A DNA stretch of 64,000 nucleotides, taken from Pseudomonadota bacterium. Its GTDB lineage: Bacteria > Pseudomonadota > Gammaproteobacteria > Burkholderiales > Burkholderiaceae_E. Under the pieces are notes generated by a model. The model made no database searches. It had not been told where the DNA came from and was given only the letters and a program-made list of their open reading frames with translations. Shown piece by piece: positions 30,953-43,031 of this stretch; position 1 is the stretch's first letter; each line of letters opens with the position of its first letter. The position numbers and the translations under genes are program-made. Location of the stretch: NCBI GenBank assembly GCA_023389055.1, contig JAEWFA010000013.1:11361-75360 (forward strand), read 5' to 3'.

Positions 30953-32368
30953 ATGCCGCTCGCCGCTCGCACGCTCTACGACAAGCTGTGGGACGCTCAC
31001 GTCGTCCACCGGGAAGACGACGGCACCGCCCTCATCTACATCGATCGCCATCTGGTGCACGAAGTAACGAGCCCGCAGGCCTTCGAGGGGCTGCGACTGG
31101 CGGGCCGCAAGCCGTGGCGCGTATCGGCGAACCTCGCGGTGGTCGACCACAACGTGCCCACCACCGACCGCTCTCGCGGCATCGCCGATCCCATCTCCCG
31201 ATTGCAGGTCGAAACGCTCGACGCGAACGCGCGCGAGCACGGCATTCCGTATTTCGACCTGCTCGATCGCCGCCAGGGCATCGTCCACGTGGTCGGCCCG
31301 GAGCAGGGCGCGACGCTGCCCGGCATGACGGTCGTCTGCGGCGATTCGCACACCAGCACCCACGGCGCCTTCGCCTGCCTGGCCTTCGGCATCGGCACCT
31401 CGGACGTCGAGCATGTGCTTGCCACGCAGACGCTCGTGGCGCGCAAGATGAAGAACATGCTGGTGCGCGTCGAGGGGGCGCTGGCGCACGGAGTCACCGC
31501 GAAGGACGTCGTCCTCGCGATCATCGGGCGCATCGGAACGGCGGGCGGCACCGGTTACGCGGTCGAATTCGCCGGTTCGACGATTCGCGCGCTGTCGATG
31601 GAAGGCCGGATGACGATCTGCAACATGGCGATCGAGGCCGGCGCGCGTTCGGGCATGGTCGCCGCCGACGAGACGACGTTGCGCTACCTGAAGGGCCGGC
31701 CGATGGCGCCGAGCGGCGACGACTGGGACCGTGCCGTCGAGCACTGGCGCACGCTGCATTCCGACCCGCAGGCGCGCTTCGATCGGGTCGTCGAGATCGA
31801 CGCCACGAAGCTCTCGCCGTACGTCAGTTGGGGCACCTCGCCGGAGATGGTCACGACCGTCGATTCGCGCGTGCCCGACCCCGACAAGGAAAAAGATCCG
31901 GTGCGCCGCGAGGGTTACGAGCGTGCGCTGCAGTACATGGGGCTGAAACCGAATACGCCGATCGTCGACATCCGCATCGACAAGGTCTTCATCGGTTCGT
32001 GCACCAACTCGCGCATCGAAGACCTGCGGGAGGCGGCGGCCGTCGTTCGCGGCAAGCACAAGGCAGCGAACGTCCGGCTCGCGATGGTCGTTCCGGGTTC
32101 GGGCCTGGTGAAGGCGCAGGCCGAGCAGGAAGGGCTCGACCGGATCTTCCGCGACGCAGGTTTCGAGTGGCGCGAGCCGGGCTGCTCGATGTGCCTGGCG
32201 ATGAACGCCGACCGCCTCGAGCCGGGCGAGCGCTGCGCGTCCACGTCGAACCGCAACTTCGAAGGTCGCCAGGGTACGGGCGGCCGCACGCACCTCGTCA
32301 GCCCCGCGATGGCCGCTGCCGCCGCGCTCGCGGGCCATTTCGTCGACGTTCGCTCGCTGCGCCGATAG
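30953..32368 (+). CDS. leuC: 3-isopropylmalate dehydratase large subunit
   Basis: [42 protein letters not shown]. Confidence 0.97.
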   Translation: MPLAARTLYDKLWDAHVVHREDDGTALIYIDRHLVHEVTSPQAFEGLRLAGRKPWRVSANLAVVDHNVPTTDRSRGIADPISRLQVETLDANAREHGIPYFDLLDRRQGIVHVVGPEQGATLPGMTVVCGDSHTSTHGAFACLAFGIGTSDVEHVLATQTLVARKMKNMLVRVEGALAHGVTAKDVVLAIIGRIGTAGGTGYAVEFAGSTIRALSMEGRMTICNMAIEAGARSGMVAADETTLRYLKGRPMAPSGDDWDRAVEHWRTLHSDPQARFDRVVEIDATKLSPYVSWGTSPEMVTTVDSRVPDPDKEKDPVRREGYERALQYMGLKPNTPIVDIRIDKVFIGSCTNSRIEDLREAAAVVRGKHKAANVRLAMVVPGSGLVKAQAEQEGLDRIFRDAGFEWREPGCSMCLAMNADRLEPGERCASTSNRNFEGRQGTGGRTHLVSPAMAAAAALAGHFVDVRSLRR

Positions 32369-32370
32369 CC

Positions 32371-33024
32371 ATGAAAAGCCTCACCGTGCACCGCGGCGTC
32401 GTCGCGCCGCTCGACCGCGCCAATGTCGACACCGACGCGATCATCCCCAAGCAGTTCCTGAAGTCGATCCGGCGCAGCGGCTTCGGCCCGAACCTGTTCG
32501 ATGCGTGGCGCTACCTCGACGCCGGCGAGCCGGGGATGGACAACAGTCGCCGGCCGCTGAATCCCGATTTCGCGTTGAACCAGGCGCGCTACCGCGGAGC
32601 GTCGATCCTGCTCGCGCGCAAGAACTTCGGCTGCGGCTCGTCGCGCGAACACGCGCCGTGGGCGCTGGAAGACTACGGTTTCCGCGTGATCGTCGCGCCT
32701 TCGTTCGCCGACATCTTCTACAACAACTGCTTCAAGAACGGGCTGTTGCCGCTGCGGCTGTCGGAGTCGGAGGTCGACTGGCTGTTCGACCAGGTAAATG
32801 CCTTTCCCGGCTTCGAGCTCGTCGTCGACCTGCCGGAGCAACAGGTGCGCACCGTCGACGGATCGCGCGCCTTCGCGTTCGATGTCGACGCATTCCGCAA
32901 GGAATGCCTGATCCACGGGCTCGACGAGATCGGACTCACGTTGAAGCGCGCCGACCTCATTCGGGAGTACGAGCGAAAGCGCCTCTCCGATCAGCCCTGG
33001 CTCGCGAAGACGTTGGCCGGCTGA
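32371..33024 (+). CDS. leuD: 3-isopropylmalate dehydratase small subunit
   Basis: [32 protein letters not shown]. Confidence 0.97.
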   Translation: MKSLTVHRGVVAPLDRANVDTDAIIPKQFLKSIRRSGFGPNLFDAWRYLDAGEPGMDNSRRPLNPDFALNQARYRGASILLARKNFGCGSSREHAPWALEDYGFRVIVAPSFADIFYNNCFKNGLLPLRLSESEVDWLFDQVNAFPGFELVVDLPEQQVRTVDGSRAFAFDVDAFRKECLIHGLDEIGLTLKRADLIREYERKRLSDQPWLAKTLAG

Positions 33025-33057
33025 ACGCCCGAAGTTGGCCAGCCCCCGCAGCAGACC

Positions 33058-33095
33058 GCGGCCCGGCTTGGCAGGCAAGCCGGGCCGCTTCGTTT
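33058..33095 (+). terminator. Intrinsic terminator-like hairpin between leuD and leuB
   Basis: 13-bp stem GCGGCCCGGCTTG/CAAGCCGGGCCGC followed by TTCGTTT. Confidence 0.55.
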
Positions 33096-33157
33096 GAGGG
33101 CGGCGGGAACGAACATCGCGCACTCGAAGGTTTGCGCAGGGACATCGAGGAATCCGG

Positions 33158-34222
33158 ATGCGAATTGCAGTTCTGGCAGGAGACGGAATCGGGCCCGAGA
33201 TCACCGCGCAGGCGGTGCGAGTGCTCGAGGCGCTCGGGCGCGAGGGGCTGGCGCTGAACATCGAGCACGCTCCGGTGGGCGGCGCGGGCTACGACTCGGC
33301 GGGCGATCCGCTGCCCGAGGCGACGCTGAAGGTGGCCGAGCGTGCCGACGCCATCCTGTTCGGCGCGGTGGGCGGGCCGAAATACGACTCGCTGCCGCGT
33401 GCGAAGCGTCCCGAGCAAGGCTTGCTGCGGCTGCGCAAGCACTTCGACCTGTTCGCCAACCTGCGTCCGGCCGTCGTCTACCCCGAGCTCGCGCACGCCT
33501 CCACGCTGAAGGACGAGGTCGTCGCCGGCCTCGACCTGCTGATCCTGCGCGAACTCACGAGCGACATCTATTTCGGCCAGCCGCGCGGCGTTCGCGTCAA
33601 CGAGAACGGCGAGCGCGAGGGCTTCGACACGATGCGCTACACCGAGGGCGAGATCCGGCGCATTGCCGTGCTCGCCTTCGAGGCGGCGCGCAAGCGCCGG
33701 CGACGGGTCTGCTCGGTGGACAAGGCGAACGTGCTCGAAACCACGCAGTTCTGGCGCGACGTGGTTACCGAGGTGCATACCGAATACCGCGACGTCGAGC
33801 TCGTTCACATGTACGTGGACAATGCGGCCATGCAGCTCGTGCGCAACCCCAAGCAGTTCGACGTCATGGTCACCGGCAACATGTTCGGCGACATCCTGTC
33901 CGACGAGGCGTCGATGCTCACCGGTTCGATCGGCATGTTGCCGTCGGCTTCGCTGAACGCGCGCGGATTCGGCCTGTACGAGCCGATCCACGGTTCGGCG
34001 CCCGACATCGCCGGCCGTGACTCGGCCAACCCGCTGGCCACGATCCTGTCGACGGCGATGCTGCTGCGGCACAGCTTCGGCCACGAAGCGGGAGCGCATC
34101 GCATCGAGCGCGCAGTGCGCAAGGTGCTGGCGCAGGGGTACCGCACGGCGGACATCGCCGAGCCGGGCAAGCGCACGGTCGGCACGAAGGAAATGGGCGA
34201 CGCGGTGCTCGCCGCGCTTTGA
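33158..34222 (+). CDS. leuB: 3-isopropylmalate dehydrogenase
   Basis: [30 protein letters not shown]. Confidence 0.97.
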   Translation: MRIAVLAGDGIGPEITAQAVRVLEALGREGLALNIEHAPVGGAGYDSAGDPLPEATLKVAERADAILFGAVGGPKYDSLPRAKRPEQGLLRLRKHFDLFANLRPAVVYPELAHASTLKDEVVAGLDLLILRELTSDIYFGQPRGVRVNENGEREGFDTMRYTEGEIRRIAVLAFEAARKRRRRVCSVDKANVLETTQFWRDVVTEVHTEYRDVELVHMYVDNAAMQLVRNPKQFDVMVTGNMFGDILSDEASMLTGSIGMLPSASLNARGFGLYEPIHGSAPDIAGRDSANPLATILSTAMLLRHSFGHEAGAHRIERAVRKVLAQGYRTADIAEPGKRTVGTKEMGDAVLAAL

Positions 34223-34269
34223 TCGAAGCGCACCGCACGATGGCCTGACGGCCAAGGGATGGAGCAATC

Positions 34270-35391
34270 ATGTTGAAGGTCGCGATGGTCGGGTGGCGCG
34301 GAATGGTCGGTTCCGTGCTGATGCAGCGCATGCGCGAGGAGAACGATTTCGCGCACGTCCAGACGGTGTTTTTCAGCACGTCGAACGCCGGCGGCAAGGC
34401 GCCGACCGTGCCGAACCTCGCCGACGAGCAGCTGCACGACGCATCCGACATCGAGCGGCTGAAGGCGATGGACGTCGTGCTCACCTGCCAGGGCGGCGAC
34501 TGGACCCATCAGATCTTTCCGAAGCTTCGGGCCGCCGGCTGGAACGGCTACTGGATCGACGCGGCCTCGGCGCTGCGAATGAAGGACGACGCGATCGTGG
34601 TCCTCGATCCGCTGAACGTGCACGTCATCCGGGACGGGCTCGAGCGCGGCGGGCGCAACTTCATCGGCGGCAATTGCACCGTCAGCCTGATGATGATGGC
34701 GCTCGCCGGATTGTTGCGCGAGAACCTCGTCGAATGGATTTCTGCGACAACGTACCAGGCCGCCTCCGGCGCGGGCGCGCAGAACATGCGCGAGTTGCTC
34801 GCGCAGATGGGTGCGGCGCACGGCGCGGTCGCGACGCTGCTGGCCGACCCCGCCTCGGCGATCCTCGAGATCGACGCGAAAGTTTCCGCCGCGATGCGCG
34901 CCGCATCGTTCCCCACCACGCAGTTCGGGGTTCCGCTCGCCGGCAGTCTCATTCCGTGGATCGACAAGGACCTCGGCAACGGCACTTCGCGCGAGGAGTG
35001 GAAGGGTGACGCCGAGCTCAACAAGATTCTCGGGCTGCCGGCAACCGGTCCCGGTCGCATTCCGGTCGAAAGCCTGTGCGTGCGCATCGGTGCGATGCGC
35101 TGCCACAGCCAGGCGATGACGATCAAGCTGCGCCGCGACCTGCCGCTGTCGGAGATCGAGTCGCTCGTCGCGTCGGGCAACGAGTGGGTGCGGCTGGTAC
35201 CGAACACGCGCGAGGAATCGATCCGCTCGCTGACACCTACCGCGGTGAACGGCCGGCTCGACGTTCCGGTCGGGCGGCTGCGCAAGCTTTCCTTCGGCCC
35301 GGGTTACATCGGCGCGTTCACGGTCGGCGATCAGTTGCTGTGGGGCGCGGCCGAGCCGTTGCGCCGGATGCTGCGGCTGCTCGCCGCCTGA
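34270..35391 (+). CDS. asd: Aspartate-semialdehyde dehydrogenase
   Basis: [35 protein letters not shown]. Confidence 0.97.
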   Translation: MLKVAMVGWRGMVGSVLMQRMREENDFAHVQTVFFSTSNAGGKAPTVPNLADEQLHDASDIERLKAMDVVLTCQGGDWTHQIFPKLRAAGWNGYWIDAASALRMKDDAIVVLDPLNVHVIRDGLERGGRNFIGGNCTVSLMMMALAGLLRENLVEWISATTYQAASGAGAQNMRELLAQMGAAHGAVATLLADPASAILEIDAKVSAAMRAASFPTTQFGVPLAGSLIPWIDKDLGNGTSREEWKGDAELNKILGLPATGPGRIPVESLCVRIGAMRCHSQAMTIKLRRDLPLSEIESLVASGNEWVRLVPNTREESIRSLTPTAVNGRLDVPVGRLRKLSFGPGYIGAFTVGDQLLWGAAEPLRRMLRLLAA

Positions 35392-35538
35392 GCGACGGCG
35401 CGGGCGTTGATCGTCCCGCGTGGGGTCGCGGCGCGCTGCTCGGTGTCGCGAACGAGACTGCGGGACGCCGCCAGGCCCCGCAAAAGATGCCGTTCGTCAC
35501 ATGACGGCCACAGGCGCGAGTTCAGCCAACGCGCGATC

Positions 35539-35567
35539 TTGCACCTGTAAATGGCTGATGTTAGCCT
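35539..35567 (+). promoter_or_regulatory. Putative sigma70 promoter for fimV
   Basis: TTGCAC-N17-TAGCCT in an AT-rich intergenic patch. Confidence 0.45.
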
Positions 35568-35599
35568 CAAAAAATCATTTCCAGCGTCCGGGGAATAGC

Positions 35600-38500
35600 G
35601 TGGCAGCAGGCGAAGAAACAACGATCTCGGGGCGCCTCGCGGGGAGACCGAAACTGCTCGCGGCGGCAATCGCTGCCGCGTTGTCGAGCACGGTGCCGCT
35701 GGCGGCCGATGCCGCAGGGTTGGGCCGGCTCACCGTGCAATCGGCCCTCGGGCAGCCGCTGCGCGCGGAGGTCGAAGTCACGGCGCTGGGGCGAGAGGAA
35801 ATCGGCTCGCTCACCGCCCGACTCGCGTCGCCCGAAGCGTTTCGCCAGGCAGGGCTGGAATACAACCCGGCACTGAGCGGCTTGCGCTTCGCGATCGAGC
35901 AGCGTCCGAACGGCGGCGCGGTCGTCCGCGTGGCGTCGTCGCAGCCGGTGAACGAGCCCTTTGTCGACCTGCTCGTCGAGTTGAACTGGGCCTCGGGCAA
36001 ATTCGTCCGCGAATACACCTTCCTGCTCGATCCGCCGGAGTTGCGAATGGGCCGCGACACGGCCGTCGCAGGCGGGGCGGCAACTTCCACGCCGGCGCCT
36101 GCGGCGCGCCAGGCCGCAGCGTCTGCCGCTGCGGTGCCCGCAACGGCGGCCCCCGCGCCGGCAGCAATCGCCCGCCCGGTTCCGGCGTCGCCGGCCGCCT
36201 CGTCGAGCGCAGTGGCCAGACCCCCGTCGCAGCCTGTTTCGGCTGCGGCGCCGGCGCGTGCGGCCGATGCTTCGGGAAGCGTTCGCGTCGAGGCAGGCGA
36301 TACGCTCGCGAAGATCGCCGCTCGCGTCAAGCCGGCCGACGTCAGCGTCGAACAGGCGGTGATGGCCATCTATCGCGCCAACCCGCGCGCTTTCTTCGGA
36401 ACGGTCCATCAACTGTTCGCCGGCGCCGATCTGCAGATTCCCGACGCCGAGGCAATGAAGGCGATCGACGCCGCCGGCGCGCGTCGCGAAATTCGCGCGC
36501 AGGCCGCCCAGTTCAACGAATATCGCGCACGCCTGGCGTCCTCCGTTCGCTCGGTGCAGCCGACGAAGGCGGGGCAGACGGCGCAAGGGTCGGTTGCGGC
36601 GAAATCCGACGAGTCGGGCGCTCCGGTCGCCGGCGGCGATCAGTTGAAGCTGTCGCGCTCGGGCGGGGCGGCCGCGGCAGCCGGTTCCGCCACCGGCGCC
36701 TCGGCCGCGTCGAACGCCGAGATGCAGGTCGCCCAGGACAACGCGCTGCGCGAGCAGCGCGAACGCGTCGCGGCACTCGAGCGCAACGTCTCCGATCTGC
36801 AGCAACTCGTCGAGTTGAAGAACCGACAGCTTGCCGAGTTGCAGCGCCAGGTCGAAGCGGCGCGATCGACCGGCGCCACCGCGAGCGGAACGATCGCTTC
36901 GGCCACGTCGAATGCGGCACCGGTCGCTGCGCCTGCCGAGCCCACGGCCGCCGCGGCGCCCTCTGCGACGGCCGATGCGCCGGCGACCGCGCCGGCCAGC
37001 GCACCCGCCACCACGTCCGTCGCGAGCCCCGCGGCGAGCGAGGGGGCCGCTTCGCCTGCAATGGCGCCGGCCACCTCCGACGCGTCGTCTACCTCGCCGG
37101 TGGCCGGTGATGCCGTTTCTCCGGCCGAGACGAAGCCGGCGGAAGGCGTGCCCCCCGCCACGGCAGCCGACACTTCGGCCCCGGACAAGCCGGCGGCAAC
37201 GCCTGCGCCTGCCCCGGTCTCCCCGGCCGAGCCGAGCGTGCTCGGTGCGCTGATGGAGAACCCGCTCGTGCTGCCGGCGCTGATCGCGATCGCGCTCGGG
37301 CTTGGCGGCTACGGCGTCTACGCGGCGCGCAGACGCAGGAAGGGCGAAGAACTGGACGACGGCCTGAGCACGGCAGACGCATTTACCGCGAACTCGCTGT
37401 TCGGTGCTACCGGCGGGCAGGCGGTCGATACGCATGCGAGCCTGTTCGCCACCAGCGCGCGCGACAGCGGTGTCGACGTTCATTCCACCGAAGTAGATCC
37501 GATCGCCGAGGCCGAGGTCTACATTGCCTACGGTCGCGAAGCGCAGGCCGAGGAGATCCTGAAGGAGGCGCTGAAGCGCCAGCCCGAGCGCCAGGCGATC
37601 CGTCTGAAGCTGCTAGAGATCCAGGCCGCACGCAAGGATCCGATCGCCTTCGGGGCGCTCGCGCAGGAGATGTACGACCAGGCCGGCGGGCTGAACGAGG
37701 AGTGGGCGAAGGTCGTCACCCTCGGTTTGGCGATCGACCCGGCCAACCCGCTGTATACCGGCCAGGGTGCTGCGGCATCGACCGCGGACAGTTCCGCCGA
37801 GGCGTCTGCCGCGGCGCCGGGCGTTGCGCCGGCCGCCGCCGATCTCGGCCGGGAAGTCGACGCGGCGGCGGCCGTTTTCGGCGAGCCCGGCTTCGATCCG
37901 GCCGGTTCGCCGAAGCGCGCCTTCGGCCCCTCGTTCGCCGAGACGGTGCCGATGGACGGTGCCGAGGGTGCTTCCGCAGACGGCAAGCCGCAGATCGAGG
38001 AAGAGGTTCCGGCACTCGATTTCGATCTCGATCTCGAGACGACGGTCGGTCGCGCAGGCAGCGCGCTAGGCGCACGCGACACCGACTCCGCGCTCGAGCA
38101 GGCGGTCGACGGGCGCTTCGAGCTACCGTCGCTCGACCTCGGTCTCGATGCCCCGTTGCCGGCAGGCGACGAGCATGCCGCGCGCCGGAGCGGGACGCCG
38201 CAGCCGGACGAAGAGATCCCCGCGCTTGCCGACCTCGGCGACTTCAAGATCGACCTGCCGTCGCTCGAGGAGATCGATGCGCGCGTCCCGGAGTTCGGCG
38301 ACGAACGGCCCGCGGTCGACCTGGCCGGCCTGGAAGGTGCCGATGGGCTGGGCGATCTCGACTTCTCGTCGGTCGACCTCGAGCTGTCCGAAGGCGACGT
38401 CGGGCTCGCTTCGGCCGAGACGGCCGTCGCGCCGGCGGTTGCCTCGTCGCGCTGGCAGGAGATGGCCACCAAGCTCGATCTCGCTGCGGCCTACGAGGAG

Positions 38501-38605
38501 ATCGGCGACAAGGAAGGCGCGCGCGAGCTGCTGCAGGAAGTGCTCGAGGGCGGCGACGCCTCGCAGCAGCACAAGGCGCGCGCGATGCTCGGGAAAATCG
38601 GCTGA
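35600..38605 (+). CDS. fimV: FimV/HubP polar landmark protein
   Basis: AGLGRLTVQSALGQPLRAE, REYTFLLDP, LysM-like GDTL..IA, coiled coil, TM, EAEVYIAYGR, C-terminal TKLDLAAAYEEIGD; start GTG 35600 (alternative ATG 35558). Confidence 0.9.
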   Translation: MAAGEETTISGRLAGRPKLLAAAIAAALSSTVPLAADAAGLGRLTVQSALGQPLRAEVEVTALGREEIGSLTARLASPEAFRQAGLEYNPALSGLRFAIEQRPNGGAVVRVASSQPVNEPFVDLLVELNWASGKFVREYTFLLDPPELRMGRDTAVAGGAATSTPAPAARQAAASAAAVPATAAPAPAAIARPVPASPAASSSAVARPPSQPVSAAAPARAADASGSVRVEAGDTLAKIAARVKPADVSVEQAVMAIYRANPRAFFGTVHQLFAGADLQIPDAEAMKAIDAAGARREIRAQAAQFNEYRARLASSVRSVQPTKAGQTAQGSVAAKSDESGAPVAGGDQLKLSRSGGAAAAAGSATGASAASNAEMQVAQDNALREQRERVAALERNVSDLQQLVELKNRQLAELQRQVEAARSTGATASGTIASATSNAAPVAAPAEPTAAAAPSATADAPATAPASAPATTSVASPAASEGAASPAMAPATSDASSTSPVAGDAVSPAETKPAEGVPPATAADTSAPDKPAATPAPAPVSPAEPSVLGALMENPLVLPALIAIALGLGGYGVYAARRRRKGEELDDGLSTADAFTANSLFGATGGQAVDTHASLFATSARDSGVDVHSTEVDPIAEAEVYIAYGREAQAEEILKEALKRQPERQAIRLKLLEIQAARKDPIAFGALAQEMYDQAGGLNEEWAKVVTLGLAIDPANPLYTGQGAAASTADSSAEASAAAPGVAPAAADLGREVDAAAAVFGEPGFDPAGSPKRAFGPSFAETVPMDGAEGASADGKPQIEEEVPALDFDLDLETTVGRAGSALGARDTDSALEQAVDGRFELPSLDLGLDAPLPAGDEHAARRSGTPQPDEEIPALADLGDFKIDLPSLEEIDARVPEFGDERPAVDLAGLEGADGLGDLDFSSVDLELSEGDVGLASAETAVAPAVASSRWQEMATKLDLAAAYEEIGDKEGARELLQEVLEGGDASQQHKARAMLGKIG

Positions 38606-39414
38606 CGGCTGGTGTCCTGTCGCGCTATGCGCTGACCGTCGCCTACGACGGAAGCCGCTTCTCGGGCTGGCAGACGCAGCCGGGCGGGCAAGCCGCGCAG
38701 GATGCGCTGGAGCGGGCGCTGTCGGCCGTGGCGGGCGAGTCGATCCGTACCGTCTGCGCCGGGCGCACCGACGCCGGCGTGCATGCGCTGCGCCAGGTCG
38801 TCCATTTCGATACCGGCGCGCGTCGCGCGCTTTCGGCATGGGTGCGTGGCGCCAACGCGCATCTGCCCCCCGCGCTCGCCGTGCGCAGCGCCACGGCGGT
38901 GCCCGATTCGTTCCACGCGCGCTACGGCGCGCTGCGCAGGCGTTACCGCTACGTGCTGTATCGCTCCGGAGTGCGCCACCCGTTGCTCGCGCAGCGCGTC
39001 GGGTGGAGCTTTCGTTCGGTCGATCTCGATCGGATGCGGGCAGCGGCCGTAGCGCTGGTAGGCGAGCATGATTTCTCGGCGTTTCGCTCGGCGCAGTGCC
39101 AGGCTGCTTCGCCGGTGCGCCGCCTCGAGGAGTTGTCGCTGCGCGAGTGCGGCCCTTTCGTCGTTTTCACTTTCGTCGCGAACGCGTTCCTGCACCACAT
39201 GATCCGCAACGTCGTCGGCTCGCTGCTTGCCGTAGGCGAAGGGCGCCGCGATGCGCAATGGATCGCCCAGCTCCTTGCGGGGCGGGATCGCAGGCTCGCA
39301 GCCGCGACCTACGCGCCGGACGGCCTTTACCTGGACGGCGCGCAGTACGACGAGCGCCATGCCGTTCCGTCGTGGAGCGAAGGCGACGACGCGGTGCTCG
39401 AGGCTTTGCGGTGA
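38602..39414 (+). CDS. truA: tRNA pseudouridine(38-40) synthase
   Basis: [31 protein letters not shown]; start probably CTG (38602 or 38617). Confidence 0.93.
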   Translation: MTAGVLSRYALTVAYDGSRFSGWQTQPGGQAAQDALERALSAVAGESIRTVCAGRTDAGVHALRQVVHFDTGARRALSAWVRGANAHLPPALAVRSATAVPDSFHARYGALRRRYRYVLYRSGVRHPLLAQRVGWSFRSVDLDRMRAAAVALVGEHDFSAFRSAQCQAASPVRRLEELSLRECGPFVVFTFVANAFLHHMIRNVVGSLLAVGEGRRDAQWIAQLLAGRDRRLAAATYAPDGLYLDGAQYDERHAVPSWSEGDDAVLEALR

Positions 39415-40115
39415 GCAGCGCCGAGTCGGCGGGCGTCGCCGTGGCGCGAACGCGCGTCAAATACTGCGGAATCGTCGATGCACGCGACGCGCGCGACGCG
39501 GCCGCGCTGGGCGTCGACGCGCTCGGCCTCGTTTTCTATCCGCGCAGCCCGCGCGCGCTCGATCTCGCCCACGCAGCCGGGATTCGCCGTTCGCTGCCGT
39601 CGTACGTCGCGGCGGTCGGCTTGTTCGTCGATGCGACGCCCGACGAGGTCCGGCGCACGGCCGGTGCCGTCGGACTCGACGTGCTGCAGTTCCACGGCAG
39701 CGAATCGGCCGAACGATGCGAAGCGTCGACGCCTGCCGGCGCGCGCTGGTGGCGCGCCGTGCGAATGCGGTCGAAGCTCGATTTGCTAGAATCCTTCGTT
39801 TGCTTCGAGCGCGCCGAGGCCCTGTTGCTCGATTCGTTCAGCCCCGCGTACGGCGGCAGCGGCACGGTCTTCGACTGGTCGTTGATTCCCGCCGACCGGC
39901 CGCGGCCCATCGTTCTCTCGGGCGGGCTCTCCCCGGACAACGTGGCCGACGCCATCCGGCAGGTGCGGCCCGACGGCGTCGACGTCTCCAGCGGCATCCA
40001 GGACGACGCAGCCGACGGAACGCCGCGCGGCAATCCCCGGCGCAAGTCGTTGCAACGCATGGAGCGATTCATGGCCGAGGTTCTGCGCGCCGACGCCGCA
40101 CGCAATCTTCGATGA
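39411..40115 (+). CDS. trpF: Phosphoribosylanthranilate isomerase
   Basis: TRVKYCG, LQFHG, GGSG, SGGL, VDVSSG; start 39411 or 39441. Confidence 0.92.
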   Translation: MSSAESAGVAVARTRVKYCGIVDARDARDAAALGVDALGLVFYPRSPRALDLAHAAGIRRSLPSYVAAVGLFVDATPDEVRRTAGAVGLDVLQFHGSESAERCEASTPAGARWWRAVRMRSKLDLLESFVCFERAEALLLDSFSPAYGGSGTVFDWSLIPADRPRPIVLSGGLSPDNVADAIRQVRPDGVDVSSGIQDDAADGTPRGNPRRKSLQRMERFMAEVLRADAARNLR

Positions 40116-41314
40116 AACCCTACGACCTACCCGATGCCACCGGACACTTCGGTCCGTACGGCGGACGTTTCGTGGCCGAAACCCTGGTGCACGCGCTGGA
40201 CGAGTTGTGCGAGGCCTGGGAGCGATACCGTCGTGATCCCGACTTCGTCGCCGAACTCGAGTACGACCTGGCGCATTTCGTCGGCCGGCCTTCACCGGTC
40301 TATCACGCACGTCGCTGGTCGGAACGACTCGGCGGGGCGCAGATCTGGTTCAAGCGCGAGGACCTGAACCACACCGGCGCGCACAAGATCAACAACACCG
40401 TAGGGCAGGCGCTGCTCGCGGCGCGCATGGGCAAGCCGCGCGTGATCGCCGAGACCGGTGCCGGGCAACACGGCGTTGCCACGGCCACCGTCGCGGCGCG
40501 CAACGGCATGCGCTGCGTCGTCTACATGGGCGCCGAAGACGTCGCACGGCAGAAGCAGAATGTCTATCGGATGAGGCTGCTCGGCGCCGAGGTGGTGCCG
40601 GTGGACAGCGGCTCGCGAACGCTGAAGGATGCGCTCAACGAGGCGATGCGCGACTGGGTCGCCAACGTCGAGGACACCTTCTACATCATCGGCACGGTGG
40701 CCGGCCCTCATCCGTACCCGGCGATGGTGCGCGACTTCCAGTCGGTGATCGGCAGGGAGTGCAGGCGCCAGATGCCGGAGATGACCGGACGCCAGCCCGA
40801 TGTCGTCGTCGCCTGCGTCGGCGGCGGCTCCAATGCGATCGGCATCTTCCATCCCTACATCGACGTCGACGGCGTGCAACTGGTCGGCGTCGAGGCGGGC
40901 GGCGACGGCGTCGCCACCGGGCGGCATTCGGCTTCGCTCACTGCCGGATTTCCCGGCGTCCTGCACGGAAATCGCACGTACCTGCTGCAGGACGAGAACG
41001 GCCAGATCCTCGATACGCACTCGGTGTCGGCCGGCCTCGACTATCCCGGCGTGGGACCCGAGCATGCGTGGCTGAAGGATAGCGGGCGCGCCCAGTACGT
41101 CGTCGTCGACGATGACGAGGCGCTTGTCGCGTTCCACGATTGCTGCCGAATCGAGGGAATCATTCCCGCGCTCGAATCGAGTCATGCGCTCGCGCACGCG
41201 GCGCGGATCGCGCCGACGATGCCGGCGGATCGCGTGATCCTCGTCAATCTGTCGGGCCGCGGCGACAAGGACATGCACACCGTCGCGGTGCGCGGCGGCA
41301 TCGCGCTCGAATGA
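40112..41314 (+). CDS. trpB: Tryptophan synthase beta chain
   Basis: [38 protein letters not shown]. Confidence 0.97.
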   Translation: MKPYDLPDATGHFGPYGGRFVAETLVHALDELCEAWERYRRDPDFVAELEYDLAHFVGRPSPVYHARRWSERLGGAQIWFKREDLNHTGAHKINNTVGQALLAARMGKPRVIAETGAGQHGVATATVAARNGMRCVVYMGAEDVARQKQNVYRMRLLGAEVVPVDSGSRTLKDALNEAMRDWVANVEDTFYIIGTVAGPHPYPAMVRDFQSVIGRECRRQMPEMTGRQPDVVVACVGGGSNAIGIFHPYIDVDGVQLVGVEAGGDGVATGRHSASLTAGFPGVLHGNRTYLLQDENGQILDTHSVSAGLDYPGVGPEHAWLKDSGRAQYVVVDDDEALVAFHDCCRIEGIIPALESSHALAHAARIAPTMPADRVILVNLSGRGDKDMHTVAVRGGIALE

Positions 41315-42165
41315 CCCGACTTGCAGCCACCTTCGCCCGTCTCGCGGGCGCCGGACGGAAGGCGCTCGTTCCGTACGTTACCGCCGGCTACCCCCGGCCC
41401 GAACTGTCGCTGCCGATCCTGCGCGCGCTGGTCGAAGGCGGCGCCGACGTGATCGAACTCGGCGTTCCGTTCTCCGATCCGATGGCCGACGGCCCGGTGA
41501 TCCAGCGCGCCAACGAGCAGGCGATCGCGCTCGGCATCGGCCTGCGAGAGGTGCTCGCGATCGCGCGCGAATTCCGCCGCGGCAACGCCGAGACGCCGCT
41601 CGTGCTGATGGGCTATGCGAATCCGATCGAGCGCTACGGCGTGCAGCGGTTCCTCGCGGATGCGGCCCGGGCCGGGGTGGACGGGGTGCTGGTCGTCGAC
41701 TATCCGCCGGAAGAATGCGAAGACTTCGCCGCCACGGCACGCGCCAGCGGCGTCGATCCGGTGTTCCTGCTCGCGCCGACCTCCACCGACGCGCGCATCG
41801 AGCGCGTGCTCGGCGCGGCGAGCGGCTACGTCTACTACGTGTCGATGAAGGGCACGACGGGCGGCTCGCTCGACGCCGATGAGGTCGTCACGCGCGTGGC
41901 AGCGATCCGCGCGCGCGCGCCGCTGCCGGTGGGCGTCGGTTTCGGCATCCGCGACGGGGCCACTGCGCGTGCGGTCGCACGCGCGGCCGACGCGGTGATC
42001 ATCGGCACGCGCACGATCGAGGTGCTGCGCGACGGGCCCGCGGAGCAGGCGCCGCAGCGCGCGCGCGAATTCGTCGCGTCGATCCGCGCGGCGCTCGACG
42101 CGCCCGAGGCTTCGTCCACGCCGGTCGCGCCCGCCTCGGAACCGCTTTCGGGAATCGTCCGATGA
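41311..42165 (+). CDS. trpA: Tryptophan synthase alpha chain
   Basis: [30 protein letters not shown]. Confidence 0.96.
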   Translation: MTRLAATFARLAGAGRKALVPYVTAGYPRPELSLPILRALVEGGADVIELGVPFSDPMADGPVIQRANEQAIALGIGLREVLAIAREFRRGNAETPLVLMGYANPIERYGVQRFLADAARAGVDGVLVVDYPPEECEDFAATARASGVDPVFLLAPTSTDARIERVLGAASGYVYYVSMKGTTGGSLDADEVVTRVAAIRARAPLPVGVGFGIRDGATARAVARAADAVIIGTRTIEVLRDGPAEQAPQRAREFVASIRAALDAPEASSTPVAPASEPLSGIVR

Positions 42166-43031
42166 CCTGGCTCGACAAGTTGCTCCCGCCGCGCATCAAG
42201 CGTTCGCCCGCCGGCGGCAAGAAGGTGCCGGAGGGAGTCTGGGTCAAGTGTCCCTCCTGCGACGCCGTCCTGTACTCGGCCGACCTCGAGGCGAACCTGA
42301 ACGTCTGTCCGAAGTGCGCGCATCACATGCGCCTGCCGGCGCGCAAGCGGCTCGACCTGCTGCTCGACGCGGAGGGCCGCTACGAGATCGGCCACGAGGT
42401 GCTGCCCGTCGATGCGCTGAAGTTCAAGGACAGCCGCAAGTATCCCGAGCGATTGCGCGAGGCGATCGACGAGACCGGCGAGACCGACGCGCTCGTCGTG
42501 CAGGGCGGCTCGATCCGCACCATTCCTGTCGTGGCGGCGTGCTTCGAGTTCGACTTCATGGGCGGCTCGATGGGCTCGGTGGTGGGCGAACGTTTCGCAC
42601 GCGGCGTGCAGGCGGCGATCGAGCAACGCGTGCCTTTCATCTCGATCGCCGCCTCGGGCGGCGCACGGATGCAGGAAGGGCTGTTGTCGCTGATGCAGAT
42701 GGCGAAGACGACGGCGATGCTCGTCCGCCTGTCGGAGAAGAAGCTGCCGTACGTCTCGGTGCTCACCGATCCGACGATGGGCGGCGTTTCGGCGAGCTTC
42801 TGTTTTCTCGGCGACGTGGTGATCGCCGAGCCGCGCGCGCTGATCGGCTTCGCGGGGCCGCGTGTCATCGAGCAGACCGTTCGAACGAAGCTGCCCGAAG
42901 GCTTCCAGCGCGCCGAGTTCCTGCTCGAGAAGGGCGCCATCGACCGCATCGTCGACCGCCGACAGCTGCGCGACGAGATCGCGCGAATGCTCGCGATGCT
43001 GTCGCGCCAGCCGAGCGAGGCGCTCGCCTGA
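42162..43031 (+). CDS. accD: Acetyl-CoA carboxylase carboxyltransferase beta subunit
   Basis: Zn finger CPSC...[33 protein letters not shown]. Confidence 0.97.
   Translation: MTWLDKLLPPRIKRSPAGGKKVPEGVWVKCPSCDAVLYSADLEANLNVCPKCAHHMRLPARKRLDLLLDAEGRYEIGHEVLPVDALKFKDSRKYPERLREAIDETGETDALVVQGGSIRTIPVVAACFEFDFMGGSMGSVVGERFARGVQAAIEQRVPFISIAASGGARMQEGLLSLMQMAKTTAMLVRLSEKKLPYVSVLTDPTMGGVSASFCFLGDVVIAEPRALIGFAGPRVIEQTVRTKLPEGFQRAEFLLEKGAIDRIVDRRQLRDEIARMLAMLSRQPSEALA

Noticed and set aside
36050..37240. Ala/Pro/Ser-rich repetitive stretches in fimV
   Set aside because: Normal disordered linkers for the FimV family.
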